DNA of 64,000 bases from the NCBI GenBank assembly GCA_964016885.1, contig OZ024745.1:49910001-49974000 (forward strand), read 5' to 3'. Position 1 is the stretch's first letter. Every line of letters begins with the position of its first letter. Positions 12,966-25,723 of this stretch are shown one piece after another. The notes under the pieces were generated by a model, which was given only the letters and a program-made list of their open reading frames with translations, ran no database searches and was not told the origin of the DNA. A program made the translations under genes and the position numbers. The DNA comes from Eledone cirrhosa. Lineage: Eukaryota.

Positions 12966-13119
12966 TTCATTATTTAACGATCGTTTCTAGGATATATATG
13001 TGTTAGAATTGGTATGCATATTCAACAGATCTATGTACAAAATTATACAAAATTATACAAATTATCAAGATTAAATATACATACCAACACATATATACGC
13101 CGTCTTCAGAAATAATGAA
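12966..13119 (-). ncRNA. hammerhead ribozyme, family C, with very long stem II
   Basis: Minus strand: TTCATTATTT-CTGAAGA-(~115 nt hairpin)-GAAA-CGATCG-TT-AAATAATGAA; perfect 10-bp stem I. Confidence 0.78.
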
Positions 13120-13777
13120 GTATATTTATTGATAATAACAACAATTCAAAATTTCAGGTCCGTTTGGGAACAAAATTGACCAATGAAAACACAAAGGGTT
13201 AAATGCAGTTCGGTGTGTGTATATACATGTAAAACCCTTACACATATTTTACAAAAATGTATGTATAATTTGTATACGCATACTAAAAGGATGGATGCAA
13301 ATACAAAATTTCAAGGTTAATGTCTCTGTAAGTTTATAATGCACAAATAAGATGCGTATTGACACAAGTATGAAATTAAGTATATAAATATATATATATT
13401 TTTTTTTTTTTCCATACTCACACATATCCGTACAATCACACATACACGCGCGTATATGCATAAATATACACATAACCACGAACATACAAACACACACACA
13501 CCCCCACTCACATTTATATATGTGGATATAAAATCATAAGCACATGGATATTAATTCACTCATATAAAACACTGGCACACACATTTTTAGATCAAGATAC
13601 AGAAATTAGGTGGGAGGGGGGGGGGAGAGGTCAGTATTCAACGGTCTGAGCAGACTGCCTAATATAGATGTATCTATAAACTAAGAAAATAAAAATAAAA
13701 AATAATAAATAAACATTAAAGAGGAAAGAATAGAAAGAAAAAAGAAAAAAGAAAAAAGAAAAAAGAAATATATCAAG

Positions 13778-13779
<2 letters not shown>

Positions 13780-13817
<38 letters not shown>

Positions 13818-13818
13818 C

Positions 13819-13849
<31 letters not shown>

Positions 13850-14026
13850 TACATATAATATACATATATATACACATAGACACACACACACACATACATA
13901 AATATACACACATATACAAACACATACATACATATACACACATCCACACTAAGAACATACATACACACACATATATAAACATATACATATACACACATAC
14001 ATACATATACACATATACATACAAAT

Positions 14027-14079
<53 letters not shown>

Positions 14080-14401
14080 TATGTATATACACGTACATAT
14101 ACATACACATATACATATAATCACACATACTATATAGACACACATATATATAACCACACACATACATGCACATATACAACACTTACATACTAATATACAT
14201 ACAGATATACACATACATAGCTATATATACACACAAATATATACAGACTTACATATATACATACAGACAAATACTTACGCATCTATATATCGGTATATAC
14301 ATACAAACACCACTACACTATCACACAACTTAGAAATACAAAGAGAAAGAGAAAGGTATATACCTATACACACATACATATACAAATAGAAAAACATATA
14401 G

Positions 14402-14436
<35 letters not shown>

Positions 14437-14724
14437 TATATATATATATATACATACATATATATAACATATATATATATATATATACATACACATACAT
14501 ATACACATACACACACATACACATACACACACATACATACATGTACACACACATAGAAATATATACGCATACACACATACACACATACATATAAAGTCAT
14601 ACACACACAAAGACCTACACGAACATACACATACACATATATAAAGATATATATACACACACACACACAACACATACACACATACACATATATATAAAAA
14701 AAATAAATAATAAAGATATATACA

Positions 14725-14776
<52 letters not shown>

Positions 14777-15117
14777 CATATATATATACATACACATACA
14801 CACACACATACATAGACATACATGTACATACATACACGTACATCGATATACATACATATATATATACACACATAGACATATACATACATACACACACAAC
14901 TTACATACACACATATATATACATGTATATTCATACATAGAATTAGATATATAATCATACATACATATGCACTTACTTATACTCATATATACAAATACAT
15001 ACGCATCCATATATGCGTATATACATAAAAACACCACTACAACCTCACCTAACTCAGACATACAAATAAAAATAAAAAGGCATATGTATATACATATATA
15101 CACGCATTAATAGAGAC

Positions 15118-15193
<76 letters not shown>

Positions 15194-15434
15194 ATTCATA
15201 TATATATATATATATAGATACCCACACACACATACCACCATAAATACACATACAAACACCCACATATACATATATATACACACGTATATATATATATATA
15301 TATATACACACACATAAAAAACAGACATGCACATATATATATATTTTTTTACACTTATATATACACATATTATATACACATACACAACCTCACATATACA
15401 CACATACACATAAGTTATATTATAATAATAAAAA

Positions 15435-15475
<41 letters not shown>

Positions 15476-16100
15476 CATATATATATATATATATATACAT
15501 ATAAACATACACATACATATATACACACATACGAATATAGACATATAATCACACATAGACACCCATATATATATATATATATATACACACACATACATAT
15601 ACACAGACACATATACACACTCACATATATATGTGTGTGCACACACACATATATACACACATACACATATATACACATAAACACATATATGTGCATACAT
15701 GCACACACACACACATATATCACATAGATACGAAGATAGACATATAAATAGAGAGACATACATATATATACACAACACATATACACACACATACATACAC
15801 ACATATATACACATACATATATATATATAAATATTTCTATATATACATATATACATATATATATATATATACACATATATATATATACATACACATATAC
15901 ATACACACATTCACATACACATACATATATACATGCATATATACACATATATACATACATACACACACTCATATATACACACACAATCTTACATTCATAT
16001 TTGCATGCGCATATATGTATTTTTATATTCAGATATAAATACCCAAACCTATATAGACACCTACCTACATATATATTCATACATACACGCTTACAAATAC
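13780..16100. repeat. compound (CA)n/(TA)n/(CATA)n microsatellite tract
   Basis: Direct reading. Confidence 0.93.
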
Positions 16101-17240
16101 AGATGATAATAGTATGGGGGAAAGGGGGGGGTTTGGAGAAGGGGATCATAGTAAATATATGTTTCAAGAAACATAGAATATTTTCCGTATCTTGATCCAA
16201 TGTATGTTTTTACATAGTTTCAGTGTTAGGAAATACAACAAACAAGAACTAAGGCAAAATCTATGCATCTCAAAATAAACAAGTATACCATTAATTATAT
16301 GTTAACTAAACCAAAGATAGTTAACATATTGATTTCTAAGGTGTAAATTAGTTAGGTTTATAATATTTGAAGCAGAATTTTGAAGTTAAATAGTAGTAGA
16401 GTATTAATTATAGTATAACTAAATTAAAGTTAATAACGTTATGGTATCAATATTAGGAAATGAATTTAGTAATAGGGAAAAAACAAATAAAATAAAGTAT
16501 TACATCGGTAGTAGAATATAAATTATAGGTTAACTAAATTAAAAATTATATATTTATTTCTATAGTATATGTTAATTAGGTATATAATACATAAAACAGA
16601 TATTGTATTTTATCAATAGCATAATATAATTATATGCAAATAGACATCAAAATTAATGCACATACATATACATATACATACACAAACATATATACATATA
16701 TATACACATATATATATATATACATATATACACATATACATACACACACACATACACATACACATATACATATACATATCTTTTTCAAAAAATTGCATAG
16801 AATATATTAACTAGGTATATATCCAAAACACATCCCATTCTATGATTACATGACTTTCTGCAATTCGTCTGTATAAGGATACTAACTTTAAGCAAATTAA
16901 AATTAAATTTTTAGGTTGATTAAAATTAAAACCAAATTATAAATATATTTCTAAAATGTATATTAATTAGGTCTATAATACTAAAAATTATTTCTCTGTC
17001 ATTGGATACACGATATTATTTTGTTATATTTTATCTGTAAAAGAATTATAATAAAAGGTTTAAATAAATTAAAATTAATCTATAAATTAAATTACTAAGT
17101 ATATATTAGTAATATTTAAAGGTTTTTCACAATTTATGATTACATAATATTTTATATTCTCATCTGTAATAAAATTTTAATTAAATTAAATTTATAGGTT
17201 AAATAACATTTAAATTAAATTAATTTCTAAAATAATGTTA

Positions 17241-19319
17241 TTAATTAGGTTTATAATATTTAAATGTTTTTTTTAGTTTATGATTACACGATATAATTAA
17301 TTCCTGTCGTTTATTTAATAAGATATCCTTAGACTTCATTATTTCAAATAGTTCTTGGGAACATAATCTACATTCATTTCTATTATTTTGATAAGGGGTG
17401 GCTCTTTTGAGCACACTCCAGGTCAAATCATATTCTATATTCTTATTTTTATAACTATTGATTTTTTCTGCTAGAGATGTTGTATTAGCCAGTGCGGCAT
17501 TTTTAAAACTATGCTTGTGGGTATTAAACCTTGTCTTAAAATTGTTAGAGGTAGCTCCTATATATGAGCAAATAGAATCTTTAGTTTTAACATTACATTT
17601 ATAGACTATGTTGTTAACAAGACAATTCCCTTTTAATGGGCAGTTTGCTTTGTTTCTACAGTTACATCCTTTCGTTAATTCTGTATTTGAGGAGATATTA
17701 TGGTTAATTTGATGTACTGGTGGTATACTTATGGTTTTCTTACATTTATATGCATTATAGGCACTTATATTTTGTTTTATGTTATTTGTTGTAGAGTATG
17801 AGAATTTAACTGTAGACCTATTTAAGATTTGATGGTATTTGTGGTTTGGCGGGAAGTTTTTCTCAAGGATATAAAAAAATTTTTTAGCAATATTATCCTT
17901 AACTTGTAAATTAAAAGGAGCATTATACCAAGTAACCCGTCTATTACGGTTTCTATGTTGTTTATTATTTTTATTATTTTTATAGGTTGTATCGTGATTT
18001 TTACTAGGAGGATTAATGTTAATGATCTCACCACAACTATTTTTAGTTATATTTGTAGATTTAGGTGTTTTATCCTTTTTATTAGGAGTTTTATTATTAA
18101 TATTTATTAGAGTTGTATGATGAGTAGTTTTTTGAGAGTTACTATACTTTATATTAGAAGATTTGGTATTTTGGGGTATAGTGTGGGTGGCATTTAGGTG
18201 TGTACTTTTCATTTGGTGTTTGTTGGTAATATTATGTTGTATGCTTTCAGTATTTTTAGTAGAAGGTATATACTCTAATCTATTTTTGTGGCCACTTCTA
18301 TCTAGAGCTTCGTTATAGAAGGTCGCATTTTTATCAAATACATCTTGGTTAGAAGAAAGGTTAGAAATTCTAAGTGATATATTATATGCAAGGTTTTTAA
18401 GGATAGATTTAGGGTGATTAGATTGTGAGTGTATGTAATGTAAGTTTTGGTTAGGTTTATGGTAAGGTTGGTAGATACCCGTAGCTAAATCTAAAGTTAT
18501 ATCTAGGAAATTTACTACTTTACTTGTTTTTTCAAAAGTAATATTAAGATTATAATAGTCTTTAAGGAAAGTTCTAATATGTTTTTTGTTTTTTTCAATT
18601 TCTGAAAGGCTAAGGTTGTTAGAAAGAAGAAGACAGTCATCACGATATAAACCACCTTTGAGGTGGGGAAAAGAGGCATTTATGTTGAAAAGGAGAAAGA
18701 GGCCCACAAGATCAGTAATTTGGGCGGAATCGCTTGAACCCATAGTAATATCAAAAAGATTGCTATATGTGTTTCTGGTCCAGTATTCATTCTGAAATTC
18801 AATAAGTGTTAGTCTAGCATGTGTAATAATATTAATGTCATCCAAAGTTAAGTTAGATCTATTTTTAGCAAATATCAATGCTTTGTTCAGGAGTATAGGT
18901 GATATAGAAGAATAGTTATAATCTATATCAAATTGTAGGAATGAAGCAGAAGATTTACACCTAATATTTTTAAACCAGTTAATTACCTGGGAGGTGTTTT
19001 CCCAGAGTGGTAAAATAACGTGTTTTCTTATTTGTGGGATGACTCTATCTAAAATTTTTTTGCTAATTATTCCAATATCTGATTTGGAGGGACATATAAG
19101 TCTAATAGAAGGATTTGAGTTAAAGTTAGATTTGTGATCCTTCAGGTTGAAGTGTGGTCTTTTCAATGCCAAAGGTTCAGTTCTATCTTCAATGTTTAGT
19201 TTTTTTACTATGTTGTGTGTTTTGTTGTTGATGTTGGTGAGTGACACATTATTAGATTTTTTATAATTTTTTCTGAGTTCTTTATATATGAACTCGTTAT
19301 AATGTTCAGTATCTGCCAA
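17241..19319 (-). mobile_element. Hydra-type PLE, uninterrupted 692-aa RT + GIY-YIG ORF (5'-truncated)
   Basis: LKDHKSNF, RLICPSKSDIG, ITMGSSDS, GLYRDD, VNFLDITL, YIHSQSNHP, WYNAPF, CNCRNKANCP, IVY..YIG, FKTRFNTH, CRLC..E, SCNH. Confidence 0.95.
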
Positions 19320-19590
19320 ATCAACTTTTTCAAATACATGTCGATGTTGAACGGTATGTCAAATCTATTTATCTATAAAACTGTCTATATTGTATTTTGT
19401 CTGAAGAAGGCATAACATATTGTTAATATGATATCCCTGAAATATATATAATGAAATAAATATGGTTTTATAAATATAGTTTCCATTTATTTAATATCGT
19501 AAATATACTCCAAATACTTGTTGAGTGCTTTTATATCAGTTATAAATATTTACTAGTTGTAACCCAACAATTTAAATATAACTTTCCATA
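19320..19590 (+). mobile_element. family-A pseudo-LTR, inverted relative to the adjacent PLE ORF
   Basis: Near-identical to the 3975-4033 (reverse complement) and 4034-4246 sequence. Confidence 0.88.
19393..19458 (+). ncRNA. minimal hammerhead ribozyme, family A
   Basis: TATTTTGT-CTGAAGA-AGG...CCT-GAAA-TATATA-TA-ATGAAATA. Confidence 0.88.
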
Positions 19591-19745
19591 TATATATATA
19601 TATATATTTTTTATATATATATATTTTATATTTTATATATATATATATTTTATATTTTATATATATATATATATATTTTATATATTTTATATATATATAT
19701 ATATATATTTTATATATATATATATATATATTTTATATATATATA

Positions 19746-19790
<45 letters not shown>

Positions 19791-19874
19791 TATTTTATAT
19801 ATATATATATACATTTTATATATATATATATATTTTATATATATATGTATATATATATTTTATATATATATATA

Positions 19875-19905
<31 letters not shown>

Positions 19906-20057
19906 TTTATATATATATATATATATATTTTATATTTTATATATATATATATATTATATATATATATATATATATTTTATATATATATATATATATTTTA
20001 TATATATATATATATATTTTATATATATATATATATATTTTATATATATATATATAT
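19591..20057. repeat. (TA)n microsatellite
   Basis: Direct reading. Confidence 0.97.
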
Positions 20058-22416
20058 AAGTGGCCAGGAGGGAAGCTAGGAGACAAGTGTACTTCGCAAG
20101 AAGGGAAGCAGAGGAAAGAAAGTTCAAGCATGTTCTACAACGCGAGGACCAAAAACGTGAGGTGTTCAGGATTGCTAGGCAATGCGTCAAGGAAAACCGT
20201 GATATTGTCGGGGAGAAGTGTGTACTTAATGATGACGGCGTACTTGCCATCACCGACGCTGATAAGAAGGTAGCTTGGAAGTGTCACTAGGAAAGGCTAC
20301 TAAATGAGGAGAATAAATGGGAGAAAGACAGTCTCCCCCACATCGACCCAATAGAGGGACCAGCAGTGTTAGTCGAGGGTAGTATAATAAGTAAGGCAAT
20401 CAAGGATATGAAGACGAGTAAGGCGGCTGGGCCTTCGGAAATAGTTGCTGAGGCATCTGGCACGGTGGGACACACCATGGTCACCCGGATAGTTAACCAA
20501 GTCGTACAGAATGGGGTTGTTCCGAAGGACTGGCATAGCAGCATCATCGTTAACTGTTATAAGGGTAAAGGAGATGCCCTAGATAGGAGTAACTATAGAG
20601 GCGTTAAATTAATCGACCAGGTCATGAAGGTCACGGAAAAAGTAATAGCGCAACTAATCAGAGAGAGAATTGACCTAGATGAAATGCAGTTCGGGTTTGT
20701 GTCAGGCAAAAGTACCACAGACGCTCTTTTCATTGTACGACAACTACAGGAGAAGTACCTAGCTAAAAGTAAACCCCTCTACTTAGCTTTTGTCTACTTG
20801 GAGAAAGCCTTCGACAGAGTCCCCCGTTCCATTATCTGGTGGGCCCTTAGAAAACTAGGTGTCAACGAATGGCTTGTGAGAGCTATACAAGCCATGTATA
20901 AAGAAACAGTCAGCAAGGTTAGAATTAACAACGAATATAGTGAAGAGTTTAGCGTAAAAGTTGGCGTCCATCAGGGCTCTGTTCTCAGCCCCCTACTATT
21001 TATTATTGCCCTTCAGGCTATAACAGAGGAGTTCAAGACCGGCTGCCCATGGGAACTCCTATACGCAGACGACCTAACACTCATAGCTGAATCAATGGCC
21101 GAGCTAGAGAAGAAATTCCAAACGTGGGAGCACGGCCTAGAATCAAAAGGCCTTAAAATTAATCTGGCTAAGACCAAAGTTCTAGTTTGTAGGAAAGAAA
21201 ATAAGGCGGCGGTCCCTTCCGGGAAGTGGCCATGCTCAGTGTGTAGGAAAGGCGTAGGTAGAAAATCCATTTTGTGTCAGAAATGCAAAGTATGTGTGCA
21301 TAAAAGATGTAGTGGGATCACAGGTAAGCTAACTAAGAACATAGATTTCACATGTGGCCGGTGCTCTGGTGCAATAAGTAGCAGCAAGTGCCCACAAAAT
21401 ACTAGCTCTTTCAACTGCGCAGAGGGATCTATAGAAATAGTGGACAGCTTCCGTTACCTGGGTGACAAAATCAGCAGTGGGGGAGGGTGCTCTGAAAGCA
21501 CAGTAGCTAGAGTCAGAACTGGATGGAAAAAGTTCAGAGTAGCTTATACCACTATTAGCCGCTAAAGGGTTCTCCCTAAAAACGAAAGGCAGGTTGTATG
21601 ATGCCTGCATACGAACAGCAATGTTGCATGGCAGTGAGACCTGGGCATTGTGTGCAGAGGATATACGCAAACTAGAGAGGAATGAAGCTTGCATGCTTTG
21701 CTGGATGTGTAATAGTAATATACGTGAACGGCAAAGCATAAACGAACTAAAGAAAAAATTAGAAATAAGAGGGATCAGATGTTGTTTACTCGAGAGAAGG
21801 CTCCGTTGGTATGGGCACGTGATGCGCATGAAGGACGATAGCTGTATAACAAAGTGCAGGGCAATAAAGATAGACGGTAGTCACGGAATAGGCAGACCTA
21901 GAAAAACCTGGGACGAGCTGATAAACTCCGACCTCACACACTTACACCTCTCCAAGACAATGTCACTGGACCGAGACCTTTGGCGGTACTCAGTAATAGA
22001 GAAGACCCGCCTTACCTAAATACATAGTAAAACCTACTACAGTCAGTAGGCATCTCTAACAAAATACACCCCCGTCCCACCCACCCCACCCCATCCACAC
22101 CGCCCCCTTCTATGTAAAGTTATGTCGGTGCCACACCATCCAGACCGAAACAAATGAGATCGTGTAGGTGTCACAACAAAAAAACACACAGTCCACGCTG
22201 TAATGTGGCCATGTAGGCAACACGGTAAAAACCTCCCAGACCCACACTGTAAATGTGGTTGGTGTTATGAAGGGCATCCAACTGTAGAAAACCTGCCAGA
22301 CAGTCCTATGCGAGCAAGACAATCACTCTTGCCTCAAGTGGGAAAACCCCCGTCCAAACCCATGCAAGCATGGAACACGGACGTTAAACGTTGATGATGA
22401 TGATGATGATGATGAT
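20058..22416 (+). mobile_element. RTE-clade LINE, 5'-truncated, with PHD-type finger in the RT region and (GAT)n tail
   Basis: [31 protein letters not shown]...C..C..VH..C...[22 protein letters not shown]; a stop at 20290 and a frameshift at ~21540. Confidence 0.95.
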
Positions 22417-22419
22417 ATA

Positions 22420-22453
<34 letters not shown>

Positions 22454-22469
22454 TTTATATATATATATA

Positions 22470-22512
<43 letters not shown>

Positions 22513-23189
22513 ATAAATATATATATATATTTTATATTTTTTCTAATGTTTAAACTTTTGGATTCTGAGAATCCTTTGGCTCTTAGCCTTTAACTTTTCA
22601 CAATTTTCGGAATTTTGTAGAAAAAAAATGTTACTTAATTCCCTCCTCTGTGTATATATTTATTTATTTACTCATTCATTTATATATATACACACACTGT
22701 GTCTCGTTTTTGAAAAGATTTTTTAAGATCTTTTGAAAATTTCTTTTAAAGAATGATTTTTTGGAGAGAAAGATTTTTTTAAAGTTTCTTTTTAAAAGTT
22801 TTTTGGAAGAGTTTTCTTAACTCTATAAACTTCTTTAATTTTTAAATTTTTGGATTCTGGGAATCCTTTGGATTTCAGCTCTTAACATTTGCTAATTTTC
22901 TGAATTTTGGAGAGAAAAGAATTTTTTCTTAGTTCCCCTCTTCAAAAGTAACTTTAACAGAGACAAACTGTAAAAACACACACACACACAACAACCCCAC
23001 ACATATACGCACGCGTATTTATGCATACATACATGCACACACTCACATGTGTGTACTGTTGTATATACACCCTCACACTCTCTCTATACATGCCTCTGTG
23101 TGTGTGTGTGTGTGTATGGGTATGTACACATACCAACCTACCACAGTCCAGTCATTACCTGGTCCATCAGTTTTACACCTCTATATTTA

Positions 23190-23792
23190 CCTCAATCTAG
23201 TGCATCCCCTTCACCTTTATAGTAATTGACAATAATGCTGCTGCACCACTCGTATGGTATGATGCCATCTAGTATTACTTGGTTTACAATACGCGGGGTT
23301 ATGGTGTGTCCTACTGACCCAGATACTTTCAGCATCTCAGCAACTATTCCTGATGGACCGGCTGCTTTCCCAGTGTTCATATCCTTAATTGCCTTACTAA
23401 CTGCAGTGCTACTGACCTGTACTGCTGGGCCTTCAATGGGGTCTGCTTGGGGTAGGGTCCCTTTCTCCCATACATTCTGCTCATTCAGTAATCTTTCATA
23501 ATGGCTCTTCCATGCCTTTTTCTTCTCAACATCTGTGAGAGCAAGTGCACCTTTACCATCCCGGACACACTTCTCACCCACGACATCGCAATTTTCACTA
23601 ACTCACTGCCTCACAATCTTGAACACCTGTTTCTGGGCCTCACGTTGCAAAACATGCTTGAATTTTTTGACCTCCACTTCCCTTCTAGCAAAGTATACCT
23701 GTTGCCTGGCTTCCCTCCTGGTCTCTATGTAATGTATCCTACTTCCCCCATTCCTCCATTGTTTCCATGCTTGTCTCTTGGCTTTAATTGCT
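23190..23792 (-). mobile_element. RTE LINE internal fragment
   Basis: AWKSHYERLLNE, GKAAGPSGIVAEMLK, W.SSIIVN.YKG, matching the other RTE copies. Confidence 0.9.
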
Positions 23793-24088
23793 TCGTTATT
23801 GAATGTTGGTTCATCACATAATCTGCCAACTTTTTTTGAAAACAGACATAAAGACTCTACAATTTGTATTCCTTAGAATGTTATTGGTAAGGTATCAACT
23901 GAAGTTTTAATATTATGAACAAAAGAGATGGTTTTAAGTGTACAGCACCTATTTATTACATGGTTCTGTTATACGCAGTAGGGAAACTGAATAACACACA
24001 GAATAGACACCATCCCATTAACCCACAGTAGACAGATCAACGGACACACAGACATAAGGGAAAAACAACACATGCTAACAACAATAAC

Positions 24089-24519
24089 ATGAACTGTAAC
24101 TACCGGATTCCAACCAACTTCCCTACACAGAATAAATGCCTAAATAGAAACATAGTATATGAATGTAGCGTGACCACGAGATACAAAACCTATAACTACA
24201 TAGGTGCAACATCCACTAGCTTTAAGGATAGATGGTACAATCATTGCCACACATTTAACCAGATAGACAAAAGAAGAAGCACGGCACTATCCAAACTAAT
24301 ATGGAGGCTAAAACAGAACCAAGTACAGTACTCTCTTTCTTGGCGCACACTAGCAAATGCATTTCTATATTTAAGTGAATCTTTTTCACATGGCTGTGAT
24401 CTCTGAACGGAAACTCTACACATTATCAATAGAAGACACCAGGTAATGAACAAACGCTCCAACATATTTAATACCTGTATGCATAAAATTTCGAAATCAT
24501 TCTTGAGAATATATAGTTA
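24089..24519 (+). mobile_element. PLE GIY-YIG endonuclease fragment
   Basis: IVYEC...YIGAT..FKDRWYNH...TALS..IW.LK; CDL(TGA)TE; TCMH. Confidence 0.85.
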
Positions 24520-24620
24520 GTTAATTCTGTAAACATTAACGTCCAACTAGACCAGAAAATACTAAAACTATACATCAATACATAGTTACACAGGAATCTC
24601 TTCTAATAATTAATACATAG

Positions 24621-25113
24621 CATCATCATCATCATCATCACCGTTTTACATCCGTTCTTCCACGCTAGCATGGGTTAGACGGGTTGTCCTGTTGTGGGCA
24701 GTGTCTGGTCGGCTGACCATGCCTTGCTCATACAGGAACTGATCTGGCTTGATTTCTACAGCTGGATGCCCTTCCTAACACCAACCTCATTTACAGTGAG
24801 TGCTGGGTGCTTTTTCGTGGCGCCTACACGTCCACTTTACAGTGTGGGCTGGGTGCTTTTTTGCCGTGGCACCTCCACGACCACCTTGCGGTGGGGGGAG
24901 TGGGGGCATATTGTTTATATGCTTCAGCATGTACCCATGGGAGGTCGGGTACCCTGTATTACTGTGTGACGCCAGAAGTCACGGTCGTGTGTCATTGTCT
25001 TTGAGAGGTGTAGTTGGGTAAGGTCGGCTTTTATCACCTCATCCCAAGTCATCTTGGGTCTCCCCACTCTGCGGTTTCCATCAACTTCTAGTGCTCTGCA
25101 CCTTTTTATGCAG
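24621..25113 (-). mobile_element. RTE 3'-end fragment
   Basis: (CAT)n tail; matches 58745-59235. Confidence 0.92.
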
Positions 25114-25381
25114 AGCATGTAAATATAAATACATTGAATTAAGTTCAAACAAATAAGTAGATCATTCAAGCCAATTCTTAAAAATATATGAACAGGAGAC
25201 TGACCCCTCTGGTAATTTGATACCTTAATCTACTTCCAATCTCTAGAATGCCAGCAACAATTCAGCCTCCTGCTCCTTATATACCTACTAGAATAGCAAT
25301 CCTATCCATATGACTACTGGCCAGCAATGTAAACAACTAAACCAGTAGCATATCAAAAACAAAAGCACCACACATTTCAAA

Positions 25382-25450
25382 CTGTCTGTAGAGAAGATGT
25401 CAGAAGGTTATTATGCAATCACTCTGACATCTTCGAAATATGCATAACAG
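25382..25450 (+). ncRNA. hammerhead-like motif, family D (core CTGTAGA)
   Basis: CTGT-CTGTAGA-GAAGATGTCAGA...TCTGACATCTTC-GAAA-TATGCA-TA-ACAG; perfect 12-bp stem II, one core substitution. Confidence 0.72.
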
Positions 25451-25723
25451 AACTATGTAATAAACAGATGTACACATAAAACTGTCTCTGTTATTCATAA
25501 TATTATATTAGAGAGAGAGGGTGTATAAGCAAGATGCAGCCTGCAGCCCATTTCAGTAGCACATATTAAGTACTGGCTTGGCCTGTGACAATCCTTCCAA
25601 TCTTTGCCAGCAGGGAAAATAAATTAAATGCTGATGATTTCATTGTATGATATATATAACATGTTTTTACATGTCAAAAATGACAGAGTATAACAATAGA
25701 TTTTTATCTTAATATGGCAATGT

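Noticed and set aside
17241-19319. Telomerase or Naiad-type element
   Set aside because: The C-terminal GIY-YIG and associated HHRs fit canonical-order PLEs; Naiads have an N-terminal endonuclease.
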